DNA of 64,000 nucleotides from Sumerlaeia bacterium (GTDB lineage: Bacteria; Sumerlaeota; Sumerlaeia; SLMS01; JAHLLQ01). Under the pieces are notes generated by a model, which worked only from the letters and a program-made list of their open reading frames with translations, was not told the origin of the DNA and searched no databases. Location of the stretch: assembly GCA_040219255.1 (NCBI GenBank), contig JAVJSW010000049.1, positions 160,001 through 224,000 on the forward strand, written 5' to 3'. This document shows, one piece after another, positions 10,313 through 20,706 of this stretch; within the stretch, counting starts at the first letter, position 1; each line of letters opens with the position of its first letter. The translations under genes and the position numbers were made by a program.

Positions 10313-11782
10313 CTATTCCGTCCGCTGGATGATGTGGAAGCCGAACTGGGTTTCCACGATGTCGGCGGCGACTTCGCCGGGTTCGAGGGCGAACGCCGCG
10401 TTTTCGAACGGCGGCACCATCTGACCTTGACCGAACGTGCCGAGGTCGCCGCCTTGCGGGGCGCTGGGGCCGTCGGATTCGGTGCGGGCGAATTCCTCGA
10501 AACGCGACGGGTCCGCCTTCACCTGGGCCAGGAGGCCCAGCGCCTTCGCCCGGGCTTCTTCCTTGGTGCGGCTGCCGACTTTGTCGGAAGCCGACGCGGC
10601 GCCTTCGTAGGCGATCAGGATGTGGCGCGCGCCGATGGTGGCCGGCCACTCGGCCTGTTCGTCCGCCGCGGCCGCTTCCTGCGTCAGCTCCGGCATCGAC
10701 GTCATCAGCGGCGCGACCTTGAATCGCGGAAGCTGGAACGCCCAGCCATCGGCCATGCGGTCAATGCGCGCCGCTTCCTCGATCACTTCCTCCACGGACT
10801 TGAGCGTGTCGCTGTTCGGCACGTCCACGTTCCGCAGGGTTTCCTCGTATCGGGCCTCGATGATGCCGTAGTACGTCGCCGGGCTGCCTTCGGTGCGGCT
10901 CAGCGTCAGACTCAGCATCAGACCGTCGTAGGTGGTCGCCGTGATGAGGGTCTGGCTCGTCAGATCGCTCGGCGGTTTGGACATGACCTCCTCGAAGCTC
11001 AGACCCTGGAACGCGCGGCCGAGGGCCGTGAAGTTCGATTGGGGCTTGGCTTCGCGGCCGGCCGGCACGGCCTTGATGCTCCAGTCGCCGCGGGAGCCAT
11101 CGGTGCGGACGAGTTCGGCCGACAGCTTCGACGGGTCGCCGTAGAGCGGCCCGATGCTGAGGTCGCTCAGCCGGTTCGGATCGATGTCCGTCAGGTCCTT
11201 CTCCATCCAGTCGTCCACCCGCGGCTGGGGCTTGGACATCTGGGTCTTGGCGAAATAGGTCTGGTCGCTGCCCACGGGCCGCATGTAGACGCCGACGGTG
11301 TTGTCGTCAAGAGCCCGGCCGCTGTTGCCCAGGATGACGGACAGAAGCGGATCGCCGCTCTCTCCGAGCGTGACCAGCCGGCTGTCGGCGCCCGGTTCGG
11401 CGGGATCGCCCAGGCCCAGCTTTTCGTGCAGCGCGCGATTGGAGGTCTTCGCCTCCACATCGCGCATGGTTCCGAAGCCCCGCAGCAGATCGACCACTTT
11501 GTCCTCAGCGGCGAAGTAGCCTTCGCCGCCCTCAAGGCGCCAGACGCCCTCGACCCTGGCGAGTTCGAGCGTTTCCGCCGGACCCTTGACTTCGATGCGT
11601 TCGATGGTTTCGAGCTTCTGGCCAAAGTCCTCCGGCAGGAGGCCGGCGGTGGCCGTGGCGGAACCCCGGTCCCCAGTGGCGGCGGGGCTCGCCGGTTCGT
11701 CCTCTTGAAGGATCCACCAGGCGCCCAGCACCGCCAGCGCCGTGATCACGGTCACGATTGCGAGTGTTTTGAATTCTTTCAC
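10313..11782 (-). CDS. DUF4340-domain protein fused to a PpiC/parvulin peptidyl-prolyl isomerase
   Basis: N-terminal TM; last gene of the Gld-like ABC operon; C-terminal ARHILIAY, SAPQGGDLGTF, MVPPFENAAFAL, ETQFGFHII. Confidence 0.85.
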   Translation of the reverse strand: MKEFKTLAIVTVITALAVLGAWWILQEDEPASPAATGDRGSATATAGLLPEDFGQKLETIERIEVKGPAETLELARVEGVWRLEGGEGYFAAEDKVVDLLRGFGTMRDVEAKTSNRALHEKLGLGDPAEPGADSRLVTLGESGDPLLSVILGNSGRALDDNTVGVYMRPVGSDQTYFAKTQMSKPQPRVDDWMEKDLTDIDPNRLSDLSIGPLYGDPSKLSAELVRTDGSRGDWSIKAVPAGREAKPQSNFTALGRAFQGLSFEEVMSKPPSDLTSQTLITATTYDGLMLSLTLSRTEGSPATYYGIIEARYEETLRNVDVPNSDTLKSVEEVIEEAARIDRMADGWAFQLPRFKVAPLMTSMPELTQEAAAADEQAEWPATIGARHILIAYEGAASASDKVGSRTKEEARAKALGLLAQVKADPSRFEEFARTESDGPSAPQGGDLGTFGQGQMVPPFENAAFALEPGEVAADIVETQFGFHIIQRTE

Positions 11783-11789
11783 GATCCAG

Positions 11790-13691
11790 TTACCTCCGTC
11801 GGCGGCGCGACACGCGGATGCCGCCCACCACCAGGGCCGCGAGGGCCACCAGCAGCGGAACCGCTCCCAGGTTGATGAGCTTGAGGCGCGTGCCCAGTTC
11901 GTCGATGTCGGCGCGCAATTGGCGCCGCACCTCGCGAAGCTCGACGCGCGTTTCCGCCCGCTTCTCTTGCAGTTTCTCGATTTCCTGGCGTTGCTCCGGC
12001 GTCATCACGAGGGCGTTGGCGTCCTCGCGGCCGGCTTGCAGTTCGGTAATGCGCTGCTCGGTTTCTTCCAGAGCGGCGCGCAACTCTTCCTGGCGCTCGC
12101 GGAACCGCTCCTGCGCCTGCTCTTCCAGGTCGTTGACGACTTCGAAGGGACGCTGGAAGGAGCCGCGGCCGCGGACGCTGATAAGCGCTTCGCTACCGAA
12201 CAGATTCTCCACCGCGTTCAGAGCGAAGTCGCCGTTGCTGGCCTGCGGCTGATAGATGCGCTGGCCGAAGAACGGAATGACCTGCACCCAGTAGCGGTCG
12301 AAAATCATGTCCACGTCGGACACCAGGATCACGTTGATCGGGGACTGGGCCTCGGCGATGTGCTCCTCGTCGGCGGGGGCTTCCTCGCCATCGGCGGCGG
12401 GGGCGCCATTGGGGAACGCGGAGGGCACCTGACCGGTCAGGCGCACGGCCATCGGGAAGGTCTGACCGGAGGGTTCGAATTCCTTCAGCAGTTCCGAGGG
12501 ATTCTGCACGAAGCGGATTTCGCTCACCGGCTTGAGCATCGACTCGGTCGAAGATTCGACCAGTGTGGTGACTTCCGCCTTGGCGTCCTCGGCGATCTGG
12601 AAGGCGCCAGGCTGGAAGTAGATGAGGCCCTGGTTGATGTTGTTGGTCACCACATCGTCCTGGTTGAGGTATTCCTCGCCCAGGAGGCGGAGCAGGTTCG
12701 GCGCGTTGACTTGCTCGATGCCGCGCTGGGTCTGCACCGGAACCTGAAGGGCCGCTTCGCGATCCAGCAGGACCTGGCCGTCGGCCAGGGTCACGCCCCA
12801 GTTTTCCTCTAGGACGCCGAGCGACGAAGACTTGTCTGCGGTGAAGGCGGCGAACTGGTTCTGTGGGTCCGGGGGGGGTTGATAGACGTCGGCGAAGCTG
12901 TCGACGAAGGCCAGCAGGCGGCCGCCGCGCAGCACGAACTGGTCGATGGCGTAGAGCGTCGCTTCGCTCAGGTTCATCGGCTGAATCACGATCAGGACGT
13001 CGACATCGTCGGGGATGCGGCGGGTGCCGGTGGAGACTTCGCGAACGTCGTAGAGTTGGCTGAGCATGTCGTAGATGACCCAGGGCTGGGACCCGCGGCC
13101 CTGCATGCGGGCCATCATGTCCTGTTCGCCCATGACGGGCAGGTTGGTCATCAGACCGACGACCTTTTCCTCGAAGTCGGAGAGTTCGTACACCGAGCGG
13201 GTCAGATCGTATTCGAGGAGGTTTTCACGGCGGGGATCGAAGAAGGCGATGACTTCCTTTTCGTCGATCGTGTTGGTCAACACGGCGCCGAAGAAGAAGG
13301 GGTCGCCACCTTGTTGCAGGGGAGCGGCCTGCAACCCGGCCAGGGAGGCCTGATCTTCCTCTTCCGAGAAAGGTTCCGGGTTGATCACCGTCAGGGTCAT
13401 TTTGTCCCCGGCGATGTCGCTGTATTCGCGCAGGAGTTCCTGGACATAGTTCCCGTAGCTCTTGAGGCTCGGGTAGCCGCTGGCCATTTGCTCGGAGAAG
13501 TAGAAGGTGACCTCGATCGGTTCCTCCAGATTGCGGAGAATCTCGCGGGTGCCCTCAGAGAGCGTGTAGAGCTTCTCCTCGGTCAGGTCCACGCGCGCTC
13601 CGCGAAAGAGCCCCCGGCTGATAATGTTCACCGCGACCAAGAGGACCACGGCGAGCAGGAGGCCTGTGAGGGAGAATAGTTTTCTTCCCAT
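11790..13691 (-). CDS. GldG-family ABC transporter auxiliary component
   Basis: RVDLTEEKLYTLSEGT, LYAIDQFVLRGG, NGDFALNAVENL. Confidence 0.88.
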   Translation of the reverse strand: MGRKLFSLTGLLLAVVLLVAVNIISRGLFRGARVDLTEEKLYTLSEGTREILRNLEEPIEVTFYFSEQMASGYPSLKSYGNYVQELLREYSDIAGDKMTLTVINPEPFSEEEDQASLAGLQAAPLQQGGDPFFFGAVLTNTIDEKEVIAFFDPRRENLLEYDLTRSVYELSDFEEKVVGLMTNLPVMGEQDMMARMQGRGSQPWVIYDMLSQLYDVREVSTGTRRIPDDVDVLIVIQPMNLSEATLYAIDQFVLRGGRLLAFVDSFADVYQPPPDPQNQFAAFTADKSSSLGVLEENWGVTLADGQVLLDREAALQVPVQTQRGIEQVNAPNLLRLLGEEYLNQDDVVTNNINQGLIYFQPGAFQIAEDAKAEVTTLVESSTESMLKPVSEIRFVQNPSELLKEFEPSGQTFPMAVRLTGQVPSAFPNGAPAADGEEAPADEEHIAEAQSPINVILVSDVDMIFDRYWVQVIPFFGQRIYQPQASNGDFALNAVENLFGSEALISVRGRGSFQRPFEVVNDLEEQAQERFRERQEELRAALEETEQRITELQAGREDANALVMTPEQRQEIEKLQEKRAETRVELREVRRQLRADIDELGTRLKLINLGAVPLLVALAALVVGGIRVSRRRRR

Positions 13692-13728
13692 GATTGAAGC
13701 AGTCCTTATTTGACAGAATCGCCAGGGC

Positions 13729-14463
13729 TCAGCGGCCCTTCTTCATGCCAACGACAACCGCGTTGGCGAACAGGAACGTTGCGATGAGCGTGGCGAAGAA
13801 CACCAGGTCGCGCACCTCGATCCGTCCCTGGGTGATCGCGTTGAAGCGATTCAGGAAGCTGAAGTAGCTGATCGTATCCACCACCGGCTGGGGCAGCCAG
13901 CTGCTGAACGCGTCCATTACCATTGGAAAGTTCGCCACCAGGAACAGGAAGCAGACGACCACGCTGAGCACGAAGGCGATGACTTGGTTCTTGGTCACCG
14001 CGGAAATGCAGGAGCCGATGGACAGGTAAGCCCCGGCCATCAGGAAACTGCCCAGATAGCTGGCGAGGATCACGCCGTTGTCGGGCTCGCCCAGGTAATT
14101 GACGGTGATCCACATCGGAAACGTCAGGGCCAGCGCGATGCCGGTGAAGGCCCAGGCGGCGAGGAACTTGCCGATGACAGCCTCGCCCATGGAGATGGGC
14201 AGCGTCAGCAGCAGTTCGATGGTGCCTTGCTTGCGTTCCTCGGCCCACAGGCGCATCGAAATGGCCGGGATCAGGAAGAGGTAAAGCCAGGGATGGAAGT
14301 TGAAGAAGGGAACGAGGTCGGCCTGGTTGCGGGCGTAGAAGTTCCCCAGATAGAACGTGAACGCACCCGTCAGCAGCAGGAACACGACGATGAAAATGTA
14401 AGCCACCGGCGTGACGAAATAGCCGGTCAGCTCGCGTTTGAAGATCGAAAGGGAGGGTTTCAT
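13729..14463 (-). CDS. ABC-2 permease (GldF-like)
   Basis: IFKRELTGYFVTPVAY, SMRLWAEERKQGTIELLLTLP. Confidence 0.92.
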   Translation of the reverse strand: MKPSLSIFKRELTGYFVTPVAYIFIVVFLLLTGAFTFYLGNFYARNQADLVPFFNFHPWLYLFLIPAISMRLWAEERKQGTIELLLTLPISMGEAVIGKFLAAWAFTGIALALTFPMWITVNYLGEPDNGVILASYLGSFLMAGAYLSIGSCISAVTKNQVIAFVLSVVVCFLFLVANFPMVMDAFSSWLPQPVVDTISYFSFLNRFNAITQGRIEVRDLVFFATLIATFLFANAVVVGMKKGR

Positions 14464-15599
14464 TCCTTCTCCTCCTTGCCGCTGCCGGCCTTGTCGCTGT
14501 TGGCCTTGTCACCGTTGGCCTTGTCACTGTTGGCCTTGTCGGTGCCGGAATTCTTCGCGGCGGCCTTCTTGGGGGCCTCGCCCCGGCCGAGGGTCAGGTC
14601 GCGGAAGACTTCGTCGAGGCGGCCGGTCTCGGCGCGCATGTCGTGCAGCGCCCAGTCCTTGCCCCGGGCCAGCTTGGTTACATCGGCCAGGATCGGTTTG
14701 CCGTGGCGGGGCGTGGCCAGAAGGGTCACGTGGCCGTTGTGCGCGGGCTCTTCCGTGACGGTCTGGACGTCCTTCAGGCTTTGCAGGTCTTTGGTCACTT
14801 CGGCCACCTTGGCCTTGTCCACGGTCACGGTGACCGCGTTATGGCGGGCCGACTTCTTCTGGAGGGCTTCGGGTGTGCCGTCGAAGATGGTCTTGCCGCG
14901 GGCGATGATGATGGCGCGGCTGCAGACGGCCTCGACTTCTTCGAGGATGTGGGTCGAGAGGATGATGACTTTGCCCTCGGCCATACGGCGGATCAGCTCG
15001 CGGACCTCGTGCTTCTGGTTCGGGTCGAGACCGTCGGTGGGTTCGTCGAGGATGAGCACGGGCGGATCGTGGAGGATCGCCTGGGCGAGGCCGACGCGGC
15101 GTTTGAAGCCCTTCGAGAGGGTTTCGATGGGCTGGTGGTACACGTCTTCCAGGGCGGCGGCCTGAACGGCGCGGTCGATGGCCGTGCGCTGTTTCTGGCC
15201 GCTGAGGCCGCGAATTTCCGAGACGAATTTCAGAAAGCTCGCCGGGGTCATGTCCGGATAGGCGGGGGCGCCTTCGGGCAGATAACCGATTTTAGTGCGC
15301 ACTTCCCGCGATTTGTTGAGGATGTCATATCCGCAAACGCTCGCCGTCCCGTGGGTCGGCGTAAGGAAGCAGGTCAGCATTTTCATCGTGGTGGATTTGC
15401 CGGCGCCGTTCGGACCGAGGAAGCCGAGGACTTCCCCGCTTCCGACCTCGAACGAGACGCCATCCACCGCGGTGATGGGACCGAAGCGCTTCACCAGGCC
15501 GTCGAGCACGACCGCCGCGTCTCTGCCCCTGGCGGGTTTGGCCCGTCTGGGTTTGGCCCCGTTGGGTTTGGAACTTTCCGACTTACTGTCAGACATCAT
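14460..15599 (-). CDS. ABC transporter ATP-binding protein (GldA-like)
   Basis: Walker A GPNGAGKST, signature LSKGFKRR, Walker B LILDEPTDGLDP. Confidence 0.95.
   Translation of the reverse strand: MMSDSKSESSKPNGAKPRRAKPARGRDAAVVLDGLVKRFGPITAVDGVSFEVGSGEVLGFLGPNGAGKSTTMKMLTCFLTPTHGTASVCGYDILNKSREVRTKIGYLPEGAPAYPDMTPASFLKFVSEIRGLSGQKQRTAIDRAVQAAALEDVYHQPIETLSKGFKRRVGLAQAILHDPPVLILDEPTDGLDPNQKHEVRELIRRMAEGKVIILSTHILEEVEAVCSRAIIIARGKTIFDGTPEALQKKSARHNAVTVTVDKAKVAEVTKDLQSLKDVQTVTEEPAHNGHVTLLATPRHGKPILADVTKLARGKDWALHDMRAETGRLDEVFRDLTLGRGEAPKKAAAKNSGTDKANSDKANGDKANSDKAGSGKEEKE
14487..14540. repeat. 15-bp tandem repeat (about 4 copies) encoding DKA(N/G)(S/G)
   Basis: GGCCTTGTC core recurring every 15 nt at the end of the ATPase gene. 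Confidence 0.8.
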
Positions 15600-16015
15600 G
15601 AAGCCAAGACTCCTTGCGGGAATCGGAGGATGAGTGAAGATTCACGAGGCAACGGACTCAGCCTCATAAGGATGAGGTTTGTTTTCCGGTCCAAGAATTC
15701 CTGAGCCGGGCGTTGCGCCACGTTGTCATCGCTCCCTCGAAAGAGTGGGAATGGGCGGAGGGAAACAATTTTCGAACCAAGAGCGAATTTTCCGAAAATG
15801 CCCGGACGACCGGCCTTCTCCCTCGATTCCCGCCCAGCCTCTCCGCCCGCACCCCGGGCGTAAAGGCCCATCCGCCCCGCCGGCCGTTTCCATCTGACAC
15901 ATCGGGGGTGCTGGCGATTTCTGGCTCGCCGCCTTGCCGAAAGGGGTTGAGTCCGAATTCTTGCTGGTTCAATGGTTGCGTTAGATCCGCACTACGCTCG
16001 GAGGAGTTCCATACC

Positions 16016-16924
16016 ATGGCGCATCAGAAACCGCTTCGCCGGCTTGGCCTCACCGCCGCCTTGGCCTTTGGCCTGGCGACATCGTCTTTCGCATTCGACT
16101 GGACGCAGGTCCTCTCGGAAGAAAACGAGCAGGAGCTGCCTTCCTCGGCCGCGCGGCTTTACGAGGAAGCGCTCGAGTTGGCCGATCACATCGACTATCC
16201 GAACGCGGTGCGCACGCTGGTGGAAGCTGGCGAAGCCGCGCCCGAGCACATTGAGCTGCAATTCGTGATCGTCCGCTGGGCCCGCTACATGGGCGAGGTC
16301 TCCTACGGCGACACGTCGCTGCGCTACTTCGACTATGCGGAAGAGGCGCTGCGCCGGTTGCTGTCAAATTCGGCCATCGGGCCCGAGGAACGGAGCCGCG
16401 CCCTGACGGAAGCGACGCGCGTGCGCGGGTCGAAAGACAGCCTGCGCGAGCGCGATCAGGAACGGATGGAAAGCGGTGGCCTGCTGGTCGACAACATCCG
16501 CTCCTTCCGGATCGAAACCGCCTCCGGTCCCTACGCGGACAATCTGCGCGAGCGCGAACGAGGCGACGTCGAAAGCCGCGAACGCGAAGAAGAAGAAAAG
16601 GAACCCAAGGCCAATCCTTTCGCCAAAGCTCCCGGTGAAGACATCCAGCTTTCCGCCGCTCCCCAGGCCATTCGAGGCGCCGCGGGCGGTTTGAACCCGC
16701 AGTTCGGCGGAGCCGATCCCTTCGGCGGCGGCGCCGATCCCTTCGCCGCTGGCGGTGGCGGGGCCGATCCCTTCGGCGGCGGTGCCGATCCGTTCGCCGC
16801 TGGCGGCGGCGGGGCCGATCCCTTCGGCGGAGGCGGCGGTGCCGATCCGTTTGGCGGCGGTGGGGGCGCGGATCCCTTCGGCGGCGGCGGGGGTGCCGAT
16901 CCTTTTGGCGGAGGCGGAAAGTAG
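16016..16924 (+). CDS. secreted hypothetical protein, helical N-terminus and Gly-rich tail with 8 GADPF repeats
   Basis: GGAGGAG RBS, signal peptide ending SSFA, repeats at about 16705-16921. Confidence 0.8.
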   Translation: MAHQKPLRRLGLTAALAFGLATSSFAFDWTQVLSEENEQELPSSAARLYEEALELADHIDYPNAVRTLVEAGEAAPEHIELQFVIVRWARYMGEVSYGDTSLRYFDYAEEALRRLLSNSAIGPEERSRALTEATRVRGSKDSLRERDQERMESGGLLVDNIRSFRIETASGPYADNLRERERGDVESREREEEEKEPKANPFAKAPGEDIQLSAAPQAIRGAAGGLNPQFGGADPFGGGADPFAAGGGGADPFGGGADPFAAGGGGADPFGGGGGADPFGGGGGADPFGGGGGADPFGGGGK

Positions 16925-17341
<417 letters not shown>

Positions 17342-17374
17342 TCGTTCTCTCAGCAAGGTTGACGACCCCCAATC

Positions 17375-18208
17375 ATGACGACTCTTTCCACGGACAACCG
17401 GATCGAAGCGCTCTTTCGCCGCACCAGGGAGGAAAACCGCGCGGCTCTGATCCTGTATCTGACGTCGGGTTTTCCGAACGAGGAAACGACCCGCAGGCTC
17501 CTGCCGGTGCTGGCGGAAGCGGGCTGCGACCTGATCGAGCTGGGCGTTCCCTTTAGCGATCCGATCGCCGACGGGCCGACGATCCAGAAGGCGTCGAGCG
17601 TCGCGCTCGACAACGGCATGACGCTCTCGAAGACGCTGGAGATCGCCCGGGAATTCCGCGCCGCCCACGAGACGCCGCTGATTCTCTTCGGGGCGCTCAA
17701 TCCGTTTCTCAAGCGGGGTCTGGAGGCGAGCGCCAGGGCCGCCAGGGAAGCCGGTGCGGATGGGTTTCTGGCCGCCGATCTGCCCGCCGAAGAAGCCGAC
17801 GAGTTCGCCGAAATCTGCGAGCGCGAGAACCTGAAACTGGTCCTCCTCGCCGCCCCCACCAGCCCCGACGGGCGCCTGCGCGCCATCGCCGCGAAGTCCA
17901 CCGGGTTTCTCTACTGTATCTCCAGCCGGGGCATCACCGGCGCCCGCGATACAATGGGTCCCAACGTGACCGAGTACCTGGGCCGCGTGCGCGCCCAGAT
18001 CGAAGCCACCGGCAAGCCCCTGCCGCTGGCGGTCGGCTTTGGCATTTCCAAGCCCGAGCACGCCGCCCTGATGGCGCCGCACTGCGAAGCGGTCGTCGTC
18101 GGCAGCGCTCTGATCAACCTGATTCAGGAATGCGCCAACCGAGGCGAAGACCCGGCCGAGCCCGTGCGGGCCTTCGTCCGCGCCATGGCCGACGCCACGA
18201 GGCGCTGA
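17375..18208 (+). CDS. trpA: tryptophan synthase alpha chain
   Basis: IELGVPFSDPIADGPTIQ, GITGAR, AVGFGIS, VVVGSAL. Confidence 0.96.
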   Translation: MTTLSTDNRIEALFRRTREENRAALILYLTSGFPNEETTRRLLPVLAEAGCDLIELGVPFSDPIADGPTIQKASSVALDNGMTLSKTLEIAREFRAAHETPLILFGALNPFLKRGLEASARAAREAGADGFLAADLPAEEADEFAEICERENLKLVLLAAPTSPDGRLRAIAAKSTGFLYCISSRGITGARDTMGPNVTEYLGRVRAQIEATGKPLPLAVGFGISKPEHAALMAPHCEAVVVGSALINLIQECANRGEDPAEPVRAFVRAMADATRR

Positions 18209-18251
18209 CGCTCGGTAGGCCTGGGTCCGATTCCCCCATCATGAAAAACGG

Positions 18252-18290
18252 AAGAAGCCGCCCGGCATGGTCGCGGGCGGCTTCTTTCGT
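18252..18290. terminator. bidirectional rho-independent terminator
   Basis: AAGAAGCCGCCCG...CGGGCGGCTTCTT between convergent genes. Confidence 0.7.
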
Positions 18291-18317
18291 TGGTGCGATC
18301 GGAGAGTGTCGGAGGGC

Positions 18318-19520
18318 TTACGGAGCCGAGGTGTTGGGCTCGACCGGCGCCGGGGCGGCGGAGGTCGTGTAGGGTTCGCGCACGACCATGCTGAAGGGAA
18401 CGGTCAGTTCCTGGGCGGCGCCGGCGGCGTTGCCCTTGACGACGAGAGTGCCGCGATAGGCGCCGATTTCATCGGGAGCGGTGACGCTGGCGCGCAGGCG
18501 CGGCGTGGGGGTGTCTTCCCCAACGAGTTCCAGGCCGAAGCCGATCTTTTCCGCGTCCACCACTTCCTGGCTGGTGCCAAAGGTGGTATTGGTGAGTTCG
18601 TAGCCGGTGAGTTCGAAGGTCTTGCCGGGGCGGACCTTCATGGTCAGGGCCTGGGTCTTGGAGTCGCCGGGGGAAACGACGCCAAACCAGAGGGTGTTTT
18701 GAATGATTTCCACATCGCCGCTGATCTGGCCGGTGATGAGGGCGGAGAACATGGGGTAGTCGGCGTAATCGGTGCGGAGCGTCAGGTTTCCCGCGAGCCG
18801 CTTGGCCGTGGAATTCTCCGGCACCGTCAGGGTCACAGGCGTCCGGGTGCCGGTGCGGCCCCCTTCTTCGGTGTACTCTTCCGGCTCGCCGACGGATGTC
18901 TCGACGGGGATGTTGTCGGGGCTGATGCTGACGTTGAGGATCTTGACCTCCACATCGGGTTCGAAGTCGTAGAGGTAGATCGTCTGGGTGGCGCCTTCGT
19001 TGGCATCCACATCGCCGAAGTTCACGGTGCGGTCGGACAGTTCGACCTTGCGAACCACATCGCCCGCCAGATTGAGGGCGACGGTGGGCTGCCGCTCATA
19101 ATCGGTCATCAGCGTGATGGTCTTGCGCTGGGCGCCGCTGCGGCCGCGGGAGTTGAAGGTGGCGCGGACCGCGTCGCCTTCGCCGGGCTGGAAGGTGCGG
19201 CCGATCAGTTCGTCCTTATTGCCAGCGGTGCAGCCGCAGGACGTGCGCAGATCGGTGATCTTGATGGGTTTGTCACTGGTGTTGACGAAGGGGAATTCAA
19301 CCTTGGCTTCCGCGCCTTCGTCAATGGTGCCGAAGTTCACCGTTTGGGTGGTGAAGGCCAGACCGGGCGAGGACTCCGCGGCGGGACGGGCTTCCGGGGC
19401 TTCCTTCATGTCGACGGTGCCGGGCAGGGGCTCGGCCTGTTGACCATAAGCCATGGTCAGTGGAAGCGCCAGAAAGCCGGAGAGAAGAAGATGGCTGGCG
19501 CGGAATTTCAGAGGCATCAT
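18318..19520 (-). CDS. DUF1573-domain (Ig-like) secreted protein
   Basis: Signal peptide, NFGTIDEG, FPFVNTSDKPIKI, TSCGCTA. Confidence 0.85.
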   Translation of the reverse strand: MMPLKFRASHLLLSGFLALPLTMAYGQQAEPLPGTVDMKEAPEARPAAESSPGLAFTTQTVNFGTIDEGAEAKVEFPFVNTSDKPIKITDLRTSCGCTAGNKDELIGRTFQPGEGDAVRATFNSRGRSGAQRKTITLMTDYERQPTVALNLAGDVVRKVELSDRTVNFGDVDANEGATQTIYLYDFEPDVEVKILNVSISPDNIPVETSVGEPEEYTEEGGRTGTRTPVTLTVPENSTAKRLAGNLTLRTDYADYPMFSALITGQISGDVEIIQNTLWFGVVSPGDSKTQALTMKVRPGKTFELTGYELTNTTFGTSQEVVDAEKIGFGLELVGEDTPTPRLRASVTAPDEIGAYRGTLVVKGNAAGAAQELTVPFSMVVREPYTTSAAPAPVEPNTSAP

Positions 19521-19580
19521 GGATGCGATTCTCCTCGTGATTGCGATACGTTTCGGGACGGTCCCGAAGATGAGACGAGA

Positions 19581-20468
19581 TTATCCCGTGGGAGGTTTGT
19601 CGTCGGACAGAACCGCGTTCAAGCCCCCACTGGCGAACCCGGCCAAATCGAGCGTGATCCAGCGGAATCCGAGTCGCCGGTATTCCCGCACGAGGCGGTC
19701 ACGGTGCGCAAGGAGGATTGGAAACGCCTCCGGTTCGACCTCGATGCGGGCCACTTCGCCATGATGGCGGCAGCGCAGGTTCCCCGTGACGCCGAGACCC
19801 CGCAGGTACTTCTCCGCCAGGGCGACCTGCGTCAATTTGTCCTCCGTGATGCGCTCGCCGTAGGGCACCCGGCTCGACAGACAAGGCGCCGCCGGTTTGT
19901 CGTGGTTCGGCAAGCCCCAGCGCTTGGCGATGGCGCGCACTTCGGCTTTGGTGATGCCGCAATCGCGCAGCGGCGACAGCACGCCCCGCTCCGCCACGGC
20001 CTTCAGTCCCGGGCGGTAATCGCCGCCGTCGTCGGCGTTCGTGCCGTCGCACACGGCGCCAAAACCCTCGGCCCGGGCCACCGCTGTCAGTCGGTCGTAC
20101 AGCTCGGACTTACAGTAATAGCAACGGTTGGCCGGGTTGCTGGCGTAGTTGGGGATGGCGAGTTCGCTGTACTCTATGACGCGCAGGGCGAAGCCGTGCT
20201 CCGCGGCGAGGCCCTCGCACAGCGCCACATCGTCGGTGGTGTTCGATTCGCTCTTGGCCACGACGCCCAGCGCCCCCGCCTCGAGCGCTCGGTGGGCCGC
20301 CGCCATGACGACGGTGCTGTCGACTCCGCCGCTGAACGCCACCAGCACCCGCGGCCCCAGGGCCCGCAGCCGGGCAAGGAGGGCGTCGATTTTCTCGTCG
20401 AGGGTCAAATCCGGGGTGGTGATGGCCAGGGCAGACAAAGGGGAACTCCGCGCAGGGGGTAGGGGCAT
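19581..20468 (-). CDS. larE: ATP-dependent sacrificial sulfur transferase, LarE family
   Basis: PP-loop AFSGGVDS, RCYYCK, DYRPG, PCLSSR, DLAGFASG. Start uncertain. Confidence 0.9.
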   Translation of the reverse strand: MPLPPARSSPLSALAITTPDLTLDEKIDALLARLRALGPRVLVAFSGGVDSTVVMAAAHRALEAGALGVVAKSESNTTDDVALCEGLAAEHGFALRVIEYSELAIPNYASNPANRCYYCKSELYDRLTAVARAEGFGAVCDGTNADDGGDYRPGLKAVAERGVLSPLRDCGITKAEVRAIAKRWGLPNHDKPAAPCLSSRVPYGERITEDKLTQVALAEKYLRGLGVTGNLRCRHHGEVARIEVEPEAFPILLAHRDRLVREYRRLGFRWITLDLAGFASGGLNAVLSDDKPPTG

Positions 20469-20706
20469 CGCCTGCAAAGGGCGCGCCGCCGAGAACTTTT
20501 TAGAGGTTGGGGGCGGGTTCTGGCAATGGGGAGTGCTTGGAGGCTTCACAAATCTTTGGGAGAGCGGGGCGGGCGGGGGGAGACGGAGAGCGCGGAGGGA
20601 ATGTCGTGACGCAACGGCCTCATCCCGCCGTTGCGTCCGCCGCGCCGCTGTGGCATCGGTGCGCGGCTGATTTGGCCCCGGGGGGCTGGTGGAGGTTCGT
20701 TTGCCG

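Noticed and set aside
16705-16921. Second CRISPR-like array
   Set aside because: In-frame coding repeats (GADPF) with synonymous variation and no unique spacers.
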